Source: Anaerovoracaceae bacterium
Lineage (GTDB): Bacteria; Bacillota; Clostridia; Peptostreptococcales; Anaerovoracaceae
Direction: 5' to 3'
Assembly: GCA_045639385.1 (NCBI GenBank)
Contig: JAZUDB010000134.1
Coordinates: forward strand, 1-31,848
Length of the DNA: 31,848 nucleotides
This document shows positions 1-9,165 of this stretch, in pieces; within the stretch, counting starts at the first letter, position 1; the number at the start of each line of letters is the position of its first letter. A model generated the notes under the pieces. It ran no database searches and was not told where the DNA came from. It saw only the letters and a list, made by a program, of their open reading frames with translations. The position numbers were made by a program, and so were the translations under genes.

Positions 1-2
1 AT

Positions 3-3000
3 TACGCTTCCGCGGCGGACAAGGCTGCCGGAATCGTTTCTACCCAGTACCTGGCCCCCACGGATCCGCGCTGCACATTCTGGGACGCTGTGGCAACAAG
101 TCCGTCCGTCAATGCCACGGTTCTGAGCGATTCCATCTGGGAAGATTTCAACGGGAAGGGTGTGGAAGCGCAGGCATCGCAGCGCATATTCTTCCAGATG
201 TTCAGCTGGGAACTGAGCGGAAGCATTTACGATAACTACAAGTACTTTACCACCGAAGCGTTCGATACGGACGGCGGTAAGAATCATTACGATTATTCCG
301 GCGGTTCCTGGTATTACAACGGCGCGGACAAGGGATACTATCACGATTTCAGCAATTATCATGAGCATGCCAACAATCTGCTGAGCCAGTTTGGCCCGGG
401 TACCCGGATTCTTGCAACCCCGGACTATATCGAAGAATTCCCCACCCCGGCGCGGAAGACCACCAACCCGGAACCGTTTGCTTCCGGCAGCACGGAATAT
501 ATCATCTTCCGTTCCGAATACGGTATTTATGAGCTGGAAAGCCTGGATTTCTACTGCGAAACAGCTTCCGCCAACGAAGCCTGGCTGATTGAGGGCTGGG
601 CCCTTTACGAGACAAACTGGAATGAAAACTTCCGTTACGGCGTGAACAACTATGCTTTCGTGTCCGACCGCATGGCCTTCGACATCGATTACGACAGATG
701 TCTGGGCAAGAGCACTTCCGACAATATGCAGGAAGGCTTTAACGTGCTGGATTCCGACTATTACCGCTTTGTAAAGGATACCTCCGCCAACCGGAATGCA
801 AAGGATTCCATCGGCGGCCAGCTGTACTCCCACTTCTTTACGGTTCCCTCGGGCAGCGTCAATCAGTCCCCGGCAGCCTATACCTTTGAAATCAATCTGA
901 TGGACAGCTACGGCGCCGGCATTGAAGGCTTCAACCGGACGCCGGCTCCCGGAGACAAACTGGAGGTTTCCGAAGCGCTGACCGCAGCCATCGAATACAA
1001 AGATGCAGCGGGCCACGCCCAGGAACTGTCGGTTCCGGTGATTACCAACGCCATATTTGAATATACCTTCCCCCTGGAGGAAAGTGCCGCATTATCCGAG
1101 AAGAACGTAAAGTATAAGAACATTCAGAACGGCACCAATCTGCTTTCCTACGCACAGCAGGGCGACAGCATCGTCTTCTCCGTAATCATGCCTTCGAAGT
1201 CGGAGATTACCAAAGTCACGCTGCACTATGAGAATCCAATGGATTACGAGGATTCCATTCTGGTGGAGGACATCCGGGTTTACGAAACCCCGGACACCCG
1301 CTTTGTGGACAGAGAAAAGCTTTCCAATGAAGCGGATCTGGAGATGACCGTTACCCCCAGAGGCAATCTGGTTTACGAAAGCGACCAGATTTCCGGCGGC
1401 GCTATTCTGGAAAACGTAAACTCCGAATTTGAGTTTGAGATGAAGCCTGCGGGTACGGGCGCAAAGAATTATACCGATTACAACGACACCTACCTGATCA
1501 GCTTTAAGACCTCTTCCGTGAACTTTACGGATACCCAGGCCGACGATATTACCGTCCGCTTTGCCTATCTGGACGAGATCACCGGAAAGGAAATGCTCTC
1601 CGCAGACTACAACCTGAAGGAAGTCTGCATGGATTTCTGTGGATACAACCCGGCTTACGATGCGGTTACCGGAACGATTACCGACGGCAGCTACGTCTAC
1701 AATATGGGCCTGGGCCGCACGCTTCGCTTCCTGGTGGAACTGAAGAACGTGAGCCGCTTTACCAAGATGATCTTTATGAAGGGCGATATTGTGGATGAAT
1801 GGCAGATCGATACCATCGAAATCCGCAGCGTCAGCAAGGTGGGCGAACGAATCATGACCCCCCTGGACAATGTAACGGCAGGGGATCTGATTCTCAACCG
1901 CATCTACGACAGAGACGTCAGCGGCAGCGTCATTTACCACAAGGAAAATGTGAACCTGTTGATCCAGCCCAACGCCACCGTGGAATTTGCGCTGGAAAAC
2001 GCCAACGTGGATATCGACATCGAGAACAGAGATTACCGCGAATACTACTACAAGATGGATTACGAAACCGCAATTTCCAACCTGCACTTTAACGAGGCAG
2101 CCTGGAATTACGAGGTTCGGGTCCACGTTTCCCCCAACAGCATCCTGACCTCCGCCAACAAGGGCGATTCCAACGGATGCGGTTCCAACAACCTGTACTA
2201 CTTCCAGCTGGTATTTACCGACGGAACCTCCGGCTACGTGCTGTCCAATGCGCTGCTCAAATCCGACTGCTTCCGTGCCGGCGAAACGGAGACCTTCACC
2301 ATTTCCGTGAACGAAAGCATGGGTGACGTTGTGGCCGTGAAGATCATTCCGGACGACGTGTCCGAGGCCTGCGACCCGCTGGACAAGCTGTCCATCGACT
2401 ATATCGAGGTCATCAAGGACAACCCCAAGACCCCCAACAAGCGCTACGTCTGCAGCGACGTGGGCTGGGTCAAGCTGGAATACCAGGATACGGAAGAATC
2501 CGTGGACAATCCGGGCCGCAGCGAATCCGAAATCGTTACCATTTGCCCGGTTTCCTCCAGCGCCTACATGCTGGATCTGGAATTCAACATCGCCATCGGC
2601 GATTATATGGACAATAACGGCATTGAACGGGATCAGTTCTACGGCAACATGACCGCAGACATTACCTACGTAACCAGCTCCGGCGAGCGGAAGGTCATCC
2701 GCGATTATCCGGTGGTGGAAAAGATGTACGAATACGCGGGAAAGACCCCGAAGACCGCGGTTTATGCCGACGGCACCGGAACGGAGCGCTACATCAGTGA
2801 CCGCGACTTTATGTTCCGCAGCGGCAAGATTGCCCGCTTCGTGGTATCCGTGGACGATGCCACCAGCATTGAAAGCATCTCCTTAAACGGTATGGGCTAC
2901 GAAAACACCTGTCTGCCCATTGCGGGAATTTCCGTGAAGATCCTGAAATCCAGCGGCCGTCTGATTATCAACAAAGATGGCGATTACGAAGTGGTTTACG

Positions 3001-4712
3001 ACGTGGAGCCGGCGCTGCTGACGGATGAGGTTCCGGGCAGAACCTTCCCCCAGCTGTACAGCTTCCCCGCCAACAAATATACGTCCTACAAGTTCACCTT
3101 CGGAATCAACGATATCGGAGAACTGGACGAATCCACCCGCCTGGAGGAGATCATCAGCAGAGTTCCCCAGTCTGCCAACGATAAGCTGAACGTGTATCTG
3201 TACATGGGTTCCGGCACGCCTACTCCGGCAGAGGGTGACTATAACCTGACGGTAAAGACCTACTACGCTTCCGTCGCCACAACCGATCTTTACCTGTCGG
3301 CCTGCGACAGCCTGAAGGCAAAGCGGGACAACGGACAGCTGGTGCTCTACGCCATGGATCTGTCCGCCGCCAATATGACCGTTCTCAGCAACGTGCAGGT
3401 GGTGTCCGACTCCATCGGACGGCAGGACATCAAGGTGGAGTACGGTATTATCCAGCAGGTGAGAAACGGTGTGGTCATTCATACCTATAAGATCAAGTTC
3501 GGCGGCAATATGCCGGCGTACACAGCCAAGGGCATTTCCATGCAGAACTCCACATCGTCTCTGGGCTTCGAGCAGGTGGTATCCGTTGCACTGGGCGAGG
3601 ATACGGTACCCGCAAAGCTGGTGGAAGAAAAGTACGATATTGCACTGGCCATCCGCTACACCAGCAGCAACGCCTCCGATAATACGGTCTTCGTTTCTCC
3701 GTATGTGTTTGCAACGGACAGCGGCGACGGCACCATTGCCCCGGGCAAGATGCTGGAATTCCGCTTCCATGAAGGCTACGTACGGGATATCGTGGGCATC
3801 GACGTGGTTGCCCTGAACGGAATCAACGCATCCCTGGCCAACGCCAACGTGCTCTGCTACAAGGCCGACAGCGCCGGAAGCAATGAACTGGTCGGCTGGT
3901 ACAGTATTGACCGTTCCGGTAAGATTTACAGCGATGTTACCAAGTTCACCGTAACAGACAACAGCATGAACGGACCCAAGACCTTAAAGCGGGTCAACTT
4001 CAGCTTTAAGACCATGGAATACTCCGACAATATCGACTGCGGCGGAACGGTGCCCATCAAGATGATCATCAATTACAAGGATGTAAATAAGAACATCAAA
4101 ACCGCTGCTATTTCCGATATCCGGAAATATGCTGCCGGCAGCCAGAGCTTTACTGCCGGACAGACCGCTGCCATTTCCTTCTTCCTGAAGGGCGTGGACA
4201 GCATCAACTACATTAAACTGATTCCTTACGACAACGTAAGTGCCAACAGAGCCACCTGGAATCTGGAGAGCATCCGGTTCAACATCGACGGCAGCGGCGA
4301 TAACAGTACCCATACCATTATCGCAAACCGTACCCTGGTAGAGACCACGGACGATGGTACTACGCCGGACGACGCCAACGATATCTTCAACCTTTCCGGC
4401 GTGAAGATGACCCTGACCGCCACGGCAGGCGGCCGGGCCTATGCGGGCGACGAGCTGGATTCTCCGGTAAGCATGAAGGTCGGCGAAGAGATCAACGTTC
4501 TGCCGGTGATTAACGGTTCCGTAACCGGAGCCTACTACGTGCGGGTGGAAAAGAGAATCGGCAGCAGCTACGCCCAGACGGGCAGCACCCAGGAACTGGC
4601 GGGAACAGGCTTCCGCTTTACCCCGGCCGAGAGCGGCTATTACCGGCTGATCTTTACGGTGGTGGAAAATCCGGCCGTCGAAAAGACCGTCAACCTTACC
4701 GTAAATCCGTAA
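3..4712 (+). CDS. Very large putative exported protein (5' end outside window) with repeated PLAT/LH2-like beta-sandwich modules and a C-terminal Ig-like domain
   Basis: Frame is open from nt 3 (YASAADKAAG...) to TAA at 4712, so the GTG at 90 is not the true start. Host-like codon usage. Recurring motif F-x-x-G...F-x-(V/I)...(I/V)-x-x-I-x-(I/L)...(W/L)-x-I-x-x-I-x-V, e.g. CFRAGETETFTISVNESMGDVVAVKIIPDD...LSIDYIEV. Confidence 0.85.
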   Translation, partial: YASAADKAAGIVSTQYLAPTDPRCTFWDAVATSPSVNATVLSDSIWEDFNGKGVEAQASQRIFFQMFSWELSGSIYDNYKYFTTEAFDTDGGKNHYDYSGGSWYYNGADKGYYHDFSNYHEHANNLLSQFGPGTRILATPDYIEEFPTPARKTTNPEPFASGSTEYIIFRSEYGIYELESLDFYCETASANEAWLIEGWALYETNWNENFRYGVNNYAFVSDRMAFDIDYDRCLGKSTSDNMQEGFNVLDSDYYRFVKDTSANRNAKDSIGGQLYSHFFTVPSGSVNQSPAAYTFEINLMDSYGAGIEGFNRTPAPGDKLEVSEALTAAIEYKDAAGHAQELSVPVITNAIFEYTFPLEESAALSEKNVKYKNIQNGTNLLSYAQQGDSIVFSVIMPSKSEITKVTLHYENPMDYEDSILVEDIRVYETPDTRFVDREKLSNEADLEMTVTPRGNLVYESDQISGGAILENVNSEFEFEMKPAGTGAKNYTDYNDTYLISFKTSSVNFTDTQADDITVRFAYLDEITGKEMLSADYNLKEVCMDFCGYNPAYDAVTGTITDGSYVYNMGLGRTLRFLVELKNVSRFTKMIFMKGDIVDEWQIDTIEIRSVSKVGERIMTPLDNVTAGDLILNRIYDRDVSGSVIYHKENVNLLIQPNATVEFALENANVDIDIENRDYREYYYKMDYETAISNLHFNEAAWNYEVRVHVSPNSILTSANKGDSNGCGSNNLYYFQLVFTDGTSGYVLSNALLKSDCFRAGETETFTISVNESMGDVVAVKIIPDDVSEACDPLDKLSIDYIEVIKDNPKTPNKRYVCSDVGWVKLEYQDTEESVDNPGRSESEIVTICPVSSSAYMLDLEFNIAIGDYMDNNGIERDQFYGNMTADITYVTSSGERKVIRDYPVVEKMYEYAGKTPKTAVYADGTGTERYISDRDFMFRSGKIARFVVSVDDATSIESISLNGMGYENTCLPIAGISVKILKSSGRLIINKDGDYEVVYDVEPALLTDEVPGRTFPQLYSFPANKYTSYKFTFGINDIGELDESTRLEEIISRVPQSANDKLNVYLYMGSGTPTPAEGDYNLTVKTYYASVATTDLYLSACDSLKAKRDNGQLVLYAMDLSAANMTVLSNVQVVSDSIGRQDIKVEYGIIQQVRNGVVIHTYKIKFGGNMPAYTAKGISMQNSTSSLGFEQVVSVALGEDTVPAKLVEEKYDIALAIRYTSSNASDNTVFVSPYVFATDSGDGTIAPGKMLEFRFHEGYVRDIVGIDVVALNGINASLANANVLCYKADSAGSNELVGWYSIDRSGKIYSDVTKFTVTDNSMNGPKTLKRVNFSFKTMEYSDNIDCGGTVPIKMIINYKDVNKNIKTAAISDIRKYAAGSQSFTAGQTAAISFFLKGVDSINYIKLIPYDNVSANRATWNLESIRFNIDGSGDNSTHTIIANRTLVETTDDGTTPDDANDIFNLSGVKMTLTATAGGRAYAGDELDSPVSMKVGEEINVLPVINGSVTGAYYVRVEKRIGSSYAQTGSTQELAGTGFRFTPAESGYYRLIFTVVENPAVEKTVNLTVNP

Positions 4713-4751
4713 AACAACAGATTTTATCAGGCAGCAGAGGAGCTGCAGAAA

Positions 4752-5930
4752 ATGAAAAGAATCAAAAGAACAGCTTTTATCATCGGAATACTTCTTCTGT
4801 GCCTTGCACTTTGTTCCTGCGGGGCCACTGAGCAGAGCGACGAACGTCTGAAAGCAAGACTGCGGGGCAGCGGGTCGGCAAAACTGAAGCTGACCATCTT
4901 CTCCGAGGTGCCGGAGGGCTACGAGTGGACCGCCTCCATGCCGGAGACCGCCGACGGCGCCCCCTATACCGTGGAACTGGACAACTCCAAGCCGGGTACC
5001 GACCGTTTCGTGATTACCGCGAACCGGGAAGGCACCAGCACCCTGACGGTTTCTTACCGGAACAAAGACGGGGAAGTCTACGGAAGCGTTAAAATGCTTC
5101 TGATTACGGACAGCAAGCGGAAGATGGAATGCGCCAGCATGCTCGTCAGCGGCAGGGACGATTTTAAGCAGTACGAAGACGAAAACCTGTCCGGAGACGA
5201 TTTTGCCATCAGCAACTACGAGAGCCGGGTCAAAGACATTAAGCTGATTTCCAAGGACGGCATCTGGAAGATCGGTGCCTACGACGCATCCGTAATCCAT
5301 CCGGAAGATACCGGCCTGGAAGACGATTATTCCACTTTCCAGGTTTCCGGCCTGAAGACCGGTGTCTCGGACCTGGTGCTTTACAACGAAAACGCCGGCC
5401 TGCAGGTAATCATCAGCTTTGCGGTAACGGAAGATACCGAAGCCCAGAAGGCCTCCGGCTCCGGAGAACCTGTGTATAAGGTGGATATTGCGGGCACGAA
5501 AACCGAACCCTATCAGAAGACCGAAGACACTGAGTATCAGCAGGGTCGTGGGGATGCACTGGAAAAGATCCGGGCCTTTGCCGCGGATCCGATCATCTCG
5601 AAAGATGCGGTGTTTGACGATTCCCGGCTGCATGTGGAGGAAAAAAGCCTGGAGCTGCAGCTGGAGTACAAGGGCTTCCTGATGTTCTGCAACGCCACCA
5701 AGGGCAAGAGCCTGAATTCCTGCATCAAGGACTATATGAACGGCATCAGCGTAAAGTCGGAAAAGACCATCACCGCAGCCGGTCTGGACGTGCAGTGCAA
5801 GTTTGCGGAAGACGGCTTTGCCGTTGCCTTCCTGGAGAAGGACGATATCGTGTGGATGCTGCTGGGCGCCGGCGAGTTTACGGAGGACAGCTTTACCGCG
5901 CTGATCACCGAGTTTATCGAAAGCAAATAG
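4752..5930 (+). CDS. Lipoprotein with N-terminal chagasin/inhibitor I42-like Ig-fold domain(s)
   Basis: Basic N-terminus, hydrophobic stretch and lipobox-like LCSC. Motif PEGYEW...GTDRFVITANREGTSTLTVSYR. RBS-like GAGGAG upstream. CDS is solid; domain call is tentative. Confidence 0.75.
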   Translation: MKRIKRTAFIIGILLLCLALCSCGATEQSDERLKARLRGSGSAKLKLTIFSEVPEGYEWTASMPETADGAPYTVELDNSKPGTDRFVITANREGTSTLTVSYRNKDGEVYGSVKMLLITDSKRKMECASMLVSGRDDFKQYEDENLSGDDFAISNYESRVKDIKLISKDGIWKIGAYDASVIHPEDTGLEDDYSTFQVSGLKTGVSDLVLYNENAGLQVIISFAVTEDTEAQKASGSGEPVYKVDIAGTKTEPYQKTEDTEYQQGRGDALEKIRAFAADPIISKDAVFDDSRLHVEEKSLELQLEYKGFLMFCNATKGKSLNSCIKDYMNGISVKSEKTITAAGLDVQCKFAEDGFAVAFLEKDDIVWMLLGAGEFTEDSFTALITEFIESK

Positions 5931-5935
5931 AAATA

Positions 5936-6003
5936 AAAAGAACCCCGCTTTCCGGAAGGAGATTCATCGAAAAATGAAGAATCTCTCGGGAAACGGGGTT
6001 TTG
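5936..6003. terminator. Long imperfect hairpin, probable bidirectional terminator
   Basis: AACCCCG/CGGGGTT, TTTCC/GGAAA and GAGATTC/GAATCTC arms. A-run on the left, T-run on the right, between convergent genes. Confidence 0.7.
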
Positions 6004-6090
6004 TATTGCATTGAATCCGGCAAGGCCGGGGGCATGCCGGCGTTTTCGTCGGAAGCGGGCTTCGCGTCAGCTGTTTCGGCGGAACCGTCG

Positions 6091-7011
6091 TTACTTCTTC
6101 CGGCGGGAGTAGATGTCGTCGATGCGTTTTAAAAAGAGATAGTCGAAATCCCGGGAATGCCGGCCGGTCAGGCTGCGGATTTCCTCGGTTTCGAAGCTTT
6201 CGCAGGGGCAGATCCGGTACCGCTTAAAAAGGTTCAGCTTCCGGTTGTTGAAGCGGGGTTCGAATACCACCACCGGCAGGAAGGTGGCCTTTGCCTCCGG
6301 ATCTTTCAGCACTCTGTGGGCCAGCAGGGTCATGGTGGGATGGATGTGACCCTCGCCCCGGGCGGCAGCCTCGTCGGGGAAGACGGTGGCCTGGCGGGTG
6401 GCGGAGGGCGCCAGCAGAATGATGGCATTTCGTTTGGCCATGTCCTGGGCGGTGCGCATATAGTTTTTCTCGAAAACGGTCTTGTATTTCTGGACCAGGG
6501 CCAGTTTTTCCGGGTTGTCCGCAAAACGGTCCTTCAGTTTGCCCTCGGTTTTGGGGGTGATCATGGGAACGATGGACACGCCCAGACGGGCCAGCTTGGG
6601 AATGTCCGGGGTCAGGGTTTCGTACCAGGGAATATTCACCGGGAAAAGGAATTCCCGGTCCGGATAGGCTTCGAAGGCCAGGTAGGTCAGGCGGAAAATC
6701 TCTCCCAGGGAGGGGTGATTAAAGCCCATGACGATGCAGTGGGCCCGCTGAGGGAATTCGTGCAGCAGCTTGGCCGGTGCGGTGGGCTTTAAAAGATCGC
6801 AGGCCAGGCGGCGCAGTCTGCGGTCGTCCGGTTCCAGGCAGATGGTGTCGATCAGGCCGCGGCAGACCGCTCCCGTGGCGTCCATTTCGTCCAGAAGCTC
6901 TCCGGCGCCGATGCTCCGCAGGAAGGACAGATTGTTTTCGTTCAGCTGAGCAAGAAAGTCCTTGCCGGAGATTTCTTTCAGCTGATCCGCTGTGATGGTG
7001 TTTTTCTGCAT
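6091..7011 (-). CDS. Putative lysophospholipid acyltransferase (PlsC/LPLAT superfamily)-like protein
   Basis: Block I-like FNHPSLGE (HX4E), block III-like LLAPSATR and block IV-like FLPVVV. Confidence 0.6.
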   Translation of the reverse strand: MQKNTITADQLKEISGKDFLAQLNENNLSFLRSIGAGELLDEMDATGAVCRGLIDTICLEPDDRRLRRLACDLLKPTAPAKLLHEFPQRAHCIVMGFNHPSLGEIFRLTYLAFEAYPDREFLFPVNIPWYETLTPDIPKLARLGVSIVPMITPKTEGKLKDRFADNPEKLALVQKYKTVFEKNYMRTAQDMAKRNAIILLAPSATRQATVFPDEAAARGEGHIHPTMTLLAHRVLKDPEAKATFLPVVVFEPRFNNRKLNLFKRYRICPCESFETEEIRSLTGRHSRDFDYLFLKRIDDIYSRRKK

Positions 7012-7057
7012 AGTTTATCCTTTGATGCGGATTGCTCCGCGTTTTTTTTGCGTTTTT

Positions 7058-7714
7058 CTACCACGCGATGGGTTCTTTGCCCAGCCCGGTCAGAATTTCG
7101 TTGACCTTCTTAAAATGTCCGTTGCCGAAGAAGCCGTTGTAGGCGGACAGGGGCGAGGGATGGGCGGATTCCAGAATAAAGTGCCGCGGGTTGGTGATCA
7201 GGGCCTTCTTCTTCCGGGCGTAGCCGCCCCAGAGCACGAAGATCACCGGGTCTTTCCGGTCGTTTAAAATGCGGATGACCGTATCGGTAAAGGTTTCCCA
7301 GCCTTTGCCCGCGTGGGAGCCTGCACTGCCGGCGCGCACGGTAAGCACCGCGTTTAAGAGCAGCACGCCCTGGGCGGTCCAGTCCTCCAGACTGCCGCTT
7401 TCCCGGTGAATGCCCAGCTCGGCTTCCAGCTCCTTGTAGATGTTTACCAGCGAGGGGGGCTTTTTAAAGTCCGCAGGCACGGAAAAGCACAGTCCCTGGG
7501 CCTGACCCGGTTCATGGTAGGGGTCCTGCCCCAGAATCACCACCTTCACGTCCTCGTAGGAGGTAAATTTGAAGGCGTTGAAAATATTGTACATATTGGG
7601 GTAGATTGTCCGCGTGGCGTATTCCGTTTTCAAAAACTCCCGCAGCTGCAGGTAATAATCTTTTTTAAATTCTTCCGAAAGAATTTCATCCCAGGAATTT
7701 CCGATGTTGACCAT
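7058..7714 (-). CDS. ung: Uracil-DNA glycosylase (family 1)
   Basis: Catalytic motifs VILGQDPYH and SAHPSPLSA, plus GVLLLNAVLTVR. Confidence 0.97.
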   Translation of the reverse strand: MVNIGNSWDEILSEEFKKDYYLQLREFLKTEYATRTIYPNMYNIFNAFKFTSYEDVKVVILGQDPYHEPGQAQGLCFSVPADFKKPPSLVNIYKELEAELGIHRESGSLEDWTAQGVLLLNAVLTVRAGSAGSHAGKGWETFTDTVIRILNDRKDPVIFVLWGGYARKKKALITNPRHFILESAHPSPLSAYNGFFGNGHFKKVNEILTGLGKEPIAW

Positions 7715-7783
7715 ACAATTCTTCCTCCGAATAGCTTATAATATAATTAATCAATTTTCCCACAAACCAGAAAGAAGGTCAAT

Positions 7784-8398
7784 ATGAGTAATTTTGTTAT
7801 CGGAATCTGCGGCGGCTCCGGCAGCGGAAAAACCACCCTTGCTGCGGAAATCCGGGATTGCCTGGGCGACAATGCGGTGCTGGTCAGCATGGATTCGTTC
7901 TATAAGTATCAGCCCAACACCACCTACGAGCAGCGCTGCCAGACCAACTACGACCATCCCAACGCTTTCGATGCGGACATCCTGGTCAAATGCCTGAAGG
8001 ATTTGAAGGAGGGCAGAGATACGGAGGTTCCCATTTACGATTTTACCATTCATAACCGCAGCGACGCCCCCTGGCAGCAGGTGAAAAGTGCGCCGGTCAT
8101 CATTATCGAAGGCATTCTGCTGTTTGCTTTCCCGGAAGTGGTGGAACTTCTGGACTGCAAGATCTTTGTGGACACCGATGCGGACATCCGGGTGCTTCGC
8201 CGGGTGGAGCGGGACATGGAAGAGCGGGGCAGAAGCCTGCGCTCCGTGGTGGACCAGTACCTGGAAACCGTGCGCCCCATGCACATGCAGTTCGTGGAGC
8301 CCTACAAGGCCATTGCGGACATTATCGTGCCGGAAAGCCGCAGAAACCCCATGGCTTTGGATATTATCGTAAATTCCGTTTTCCGCAGGATTCCCTAA
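7784..8398 (+). CDS. udk: Uridine kinase
   Basis: P-loop IGICGGSGSGKTT, NYDHPNAFD, IIIEGIL, RDMEERGRS. Confidence 0.95.
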   Translation: MSNFVIGICGGSGSGKTTLAAEIRDCLGDNAVLVSMDSFYKYQPNTTYEQRCQTNYDHPNAFDADILVKCLKDLKEGRDTEVPIYDFTIHNRSDAPWQQVKSAPVIIIEGILLFAFPEVVELLDCKIFVDTDADIRVLRRVERDMEERGRSLRSVVDQYLETVRPMHMQFVEPYKAIADIIVPESRRNPMALDIIVNSVFRRIP

Positions 8399-8450
8399 GG
8401 AAACGTCCGGAATCTGTGATATGCCGATTAAACGCGAAAATAAAAGACAA

Positions 8451-8484
8451 GAATGTTCGGTGCGTGCCGAACATTCATTTTTTT
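8451..8484 (+). terminator. Intrinsic terminator after udk
   Basis: Perfect 10-bp stem GAATGTTCGG/CCGAACATTC, 6-nt loop, then A plus a T-run. Confidence 0.85.
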
Positions 8485-8575
8485 CGGGTCCTTTTTCCGG
8501 GGAATTGCACGGGGCTTTCTTTTCAGTTCTATGCAAGTCCTTTATAATCTATATGTTATAGATTCGGAGTACAAT

Positions 8576-9151
8576 ATGAAGCTTTTAGAAGACAGAATCA
8601 TTCAGGACGGAACCTGTATCGGAACCGAAATCGTGAAGGTGGATTCCTTTTTGAACCACCAGCTGGACGTGGCTTTGTTCGACGCCATGGGCGAAGAATT
8701 CGCAAGACTTTTTGCGGCGGAAAAGCCCAGCAAGATTCTTACGGTGGAGTCTTCCGGCATTCCCATCGCCTGCGCGGCAGCCAGAGCCCTGGGCAATCTT
8801 CCCGTGGTATTCGCCAAGAAGAGTGCACCCAGCACCATGATTGACGGAGCCTACACCTCCGACGTGATGTCCTTTACCAAGGGCACCGTTTCCACGATCC
8901 GGGTGGCAAAGCCCTTCCTCTCCCCAGAGGACCGGATTCTGATCATCGACGATTTTCTTGCTTCCGGCGCGGCAGGCATGGGTCTTCTGGACCTGATCGC
9001 GCAGGCCGGGGCCAAATGCGTAGGCTTTGGTGCCGCCATCGAAAAGGCCCACCAGGGCGGCGAAGAAAAGCTGCGGGAAGCCGGAATCAAAGTGGAATGT
9101 TTAGCGGTAATCGCGTCAATCAAAGACGGTAAAATAGAGTTCAAACATTAA
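8576..9151 (+). CDS. xpt: Xanthine phosphoribosyltransferase
   Basis: ATG at 8576 after GGAG RBS (the ORF-track start at 8453 is over-extended). Motifs KVDSFLNHQLD, ILTVESSGIP, VFAKK and PRPP loop LIIDDFLASG. Confidence 0.93.
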   Translation: MKLLEDRIIQDGTCIGTEIVKVDSFLNHQLDVALFDAMGEEFARLFAAEKPSKILTVESSGIPIACAAARALGNLPVVFAKKSAPSTMIDGAYTSDVMSFTKGTVSTIRVAKPFLSPEDRILIIDDFLASGAAGMGLLDLIAQAGAKCVGFGAAIEKAHQGGEEKLREAGIKVECLAVIASIKDGKIEFKH

Positions 9152-9165
9152 TTAAAGGAGAAAAA

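Noticed and set aside
4400-4712. Cell-wall anchor at the C-terminus of the giant protein
   Set aside because: No LPXTG, hydrophobic tail, SLH or dockerin repeat; it ends in a beta-sandwich-like segment.
1092-5633. Long antisense ORFs (1092-2126, 2883-3770, 3984-5633)
   Set aside because: Shadow frames opposite well-formed genes. Codon bias in GC-rich genes keeps the antisense frame open, and the translations show no motifs.
8399-8575. Possible purine riboswitch upstream of xpt
   Set aside because: The conserved aptamer core (ATATGG...GTTTCTACC) is absent; the only strong hairpin is the udk terminator.
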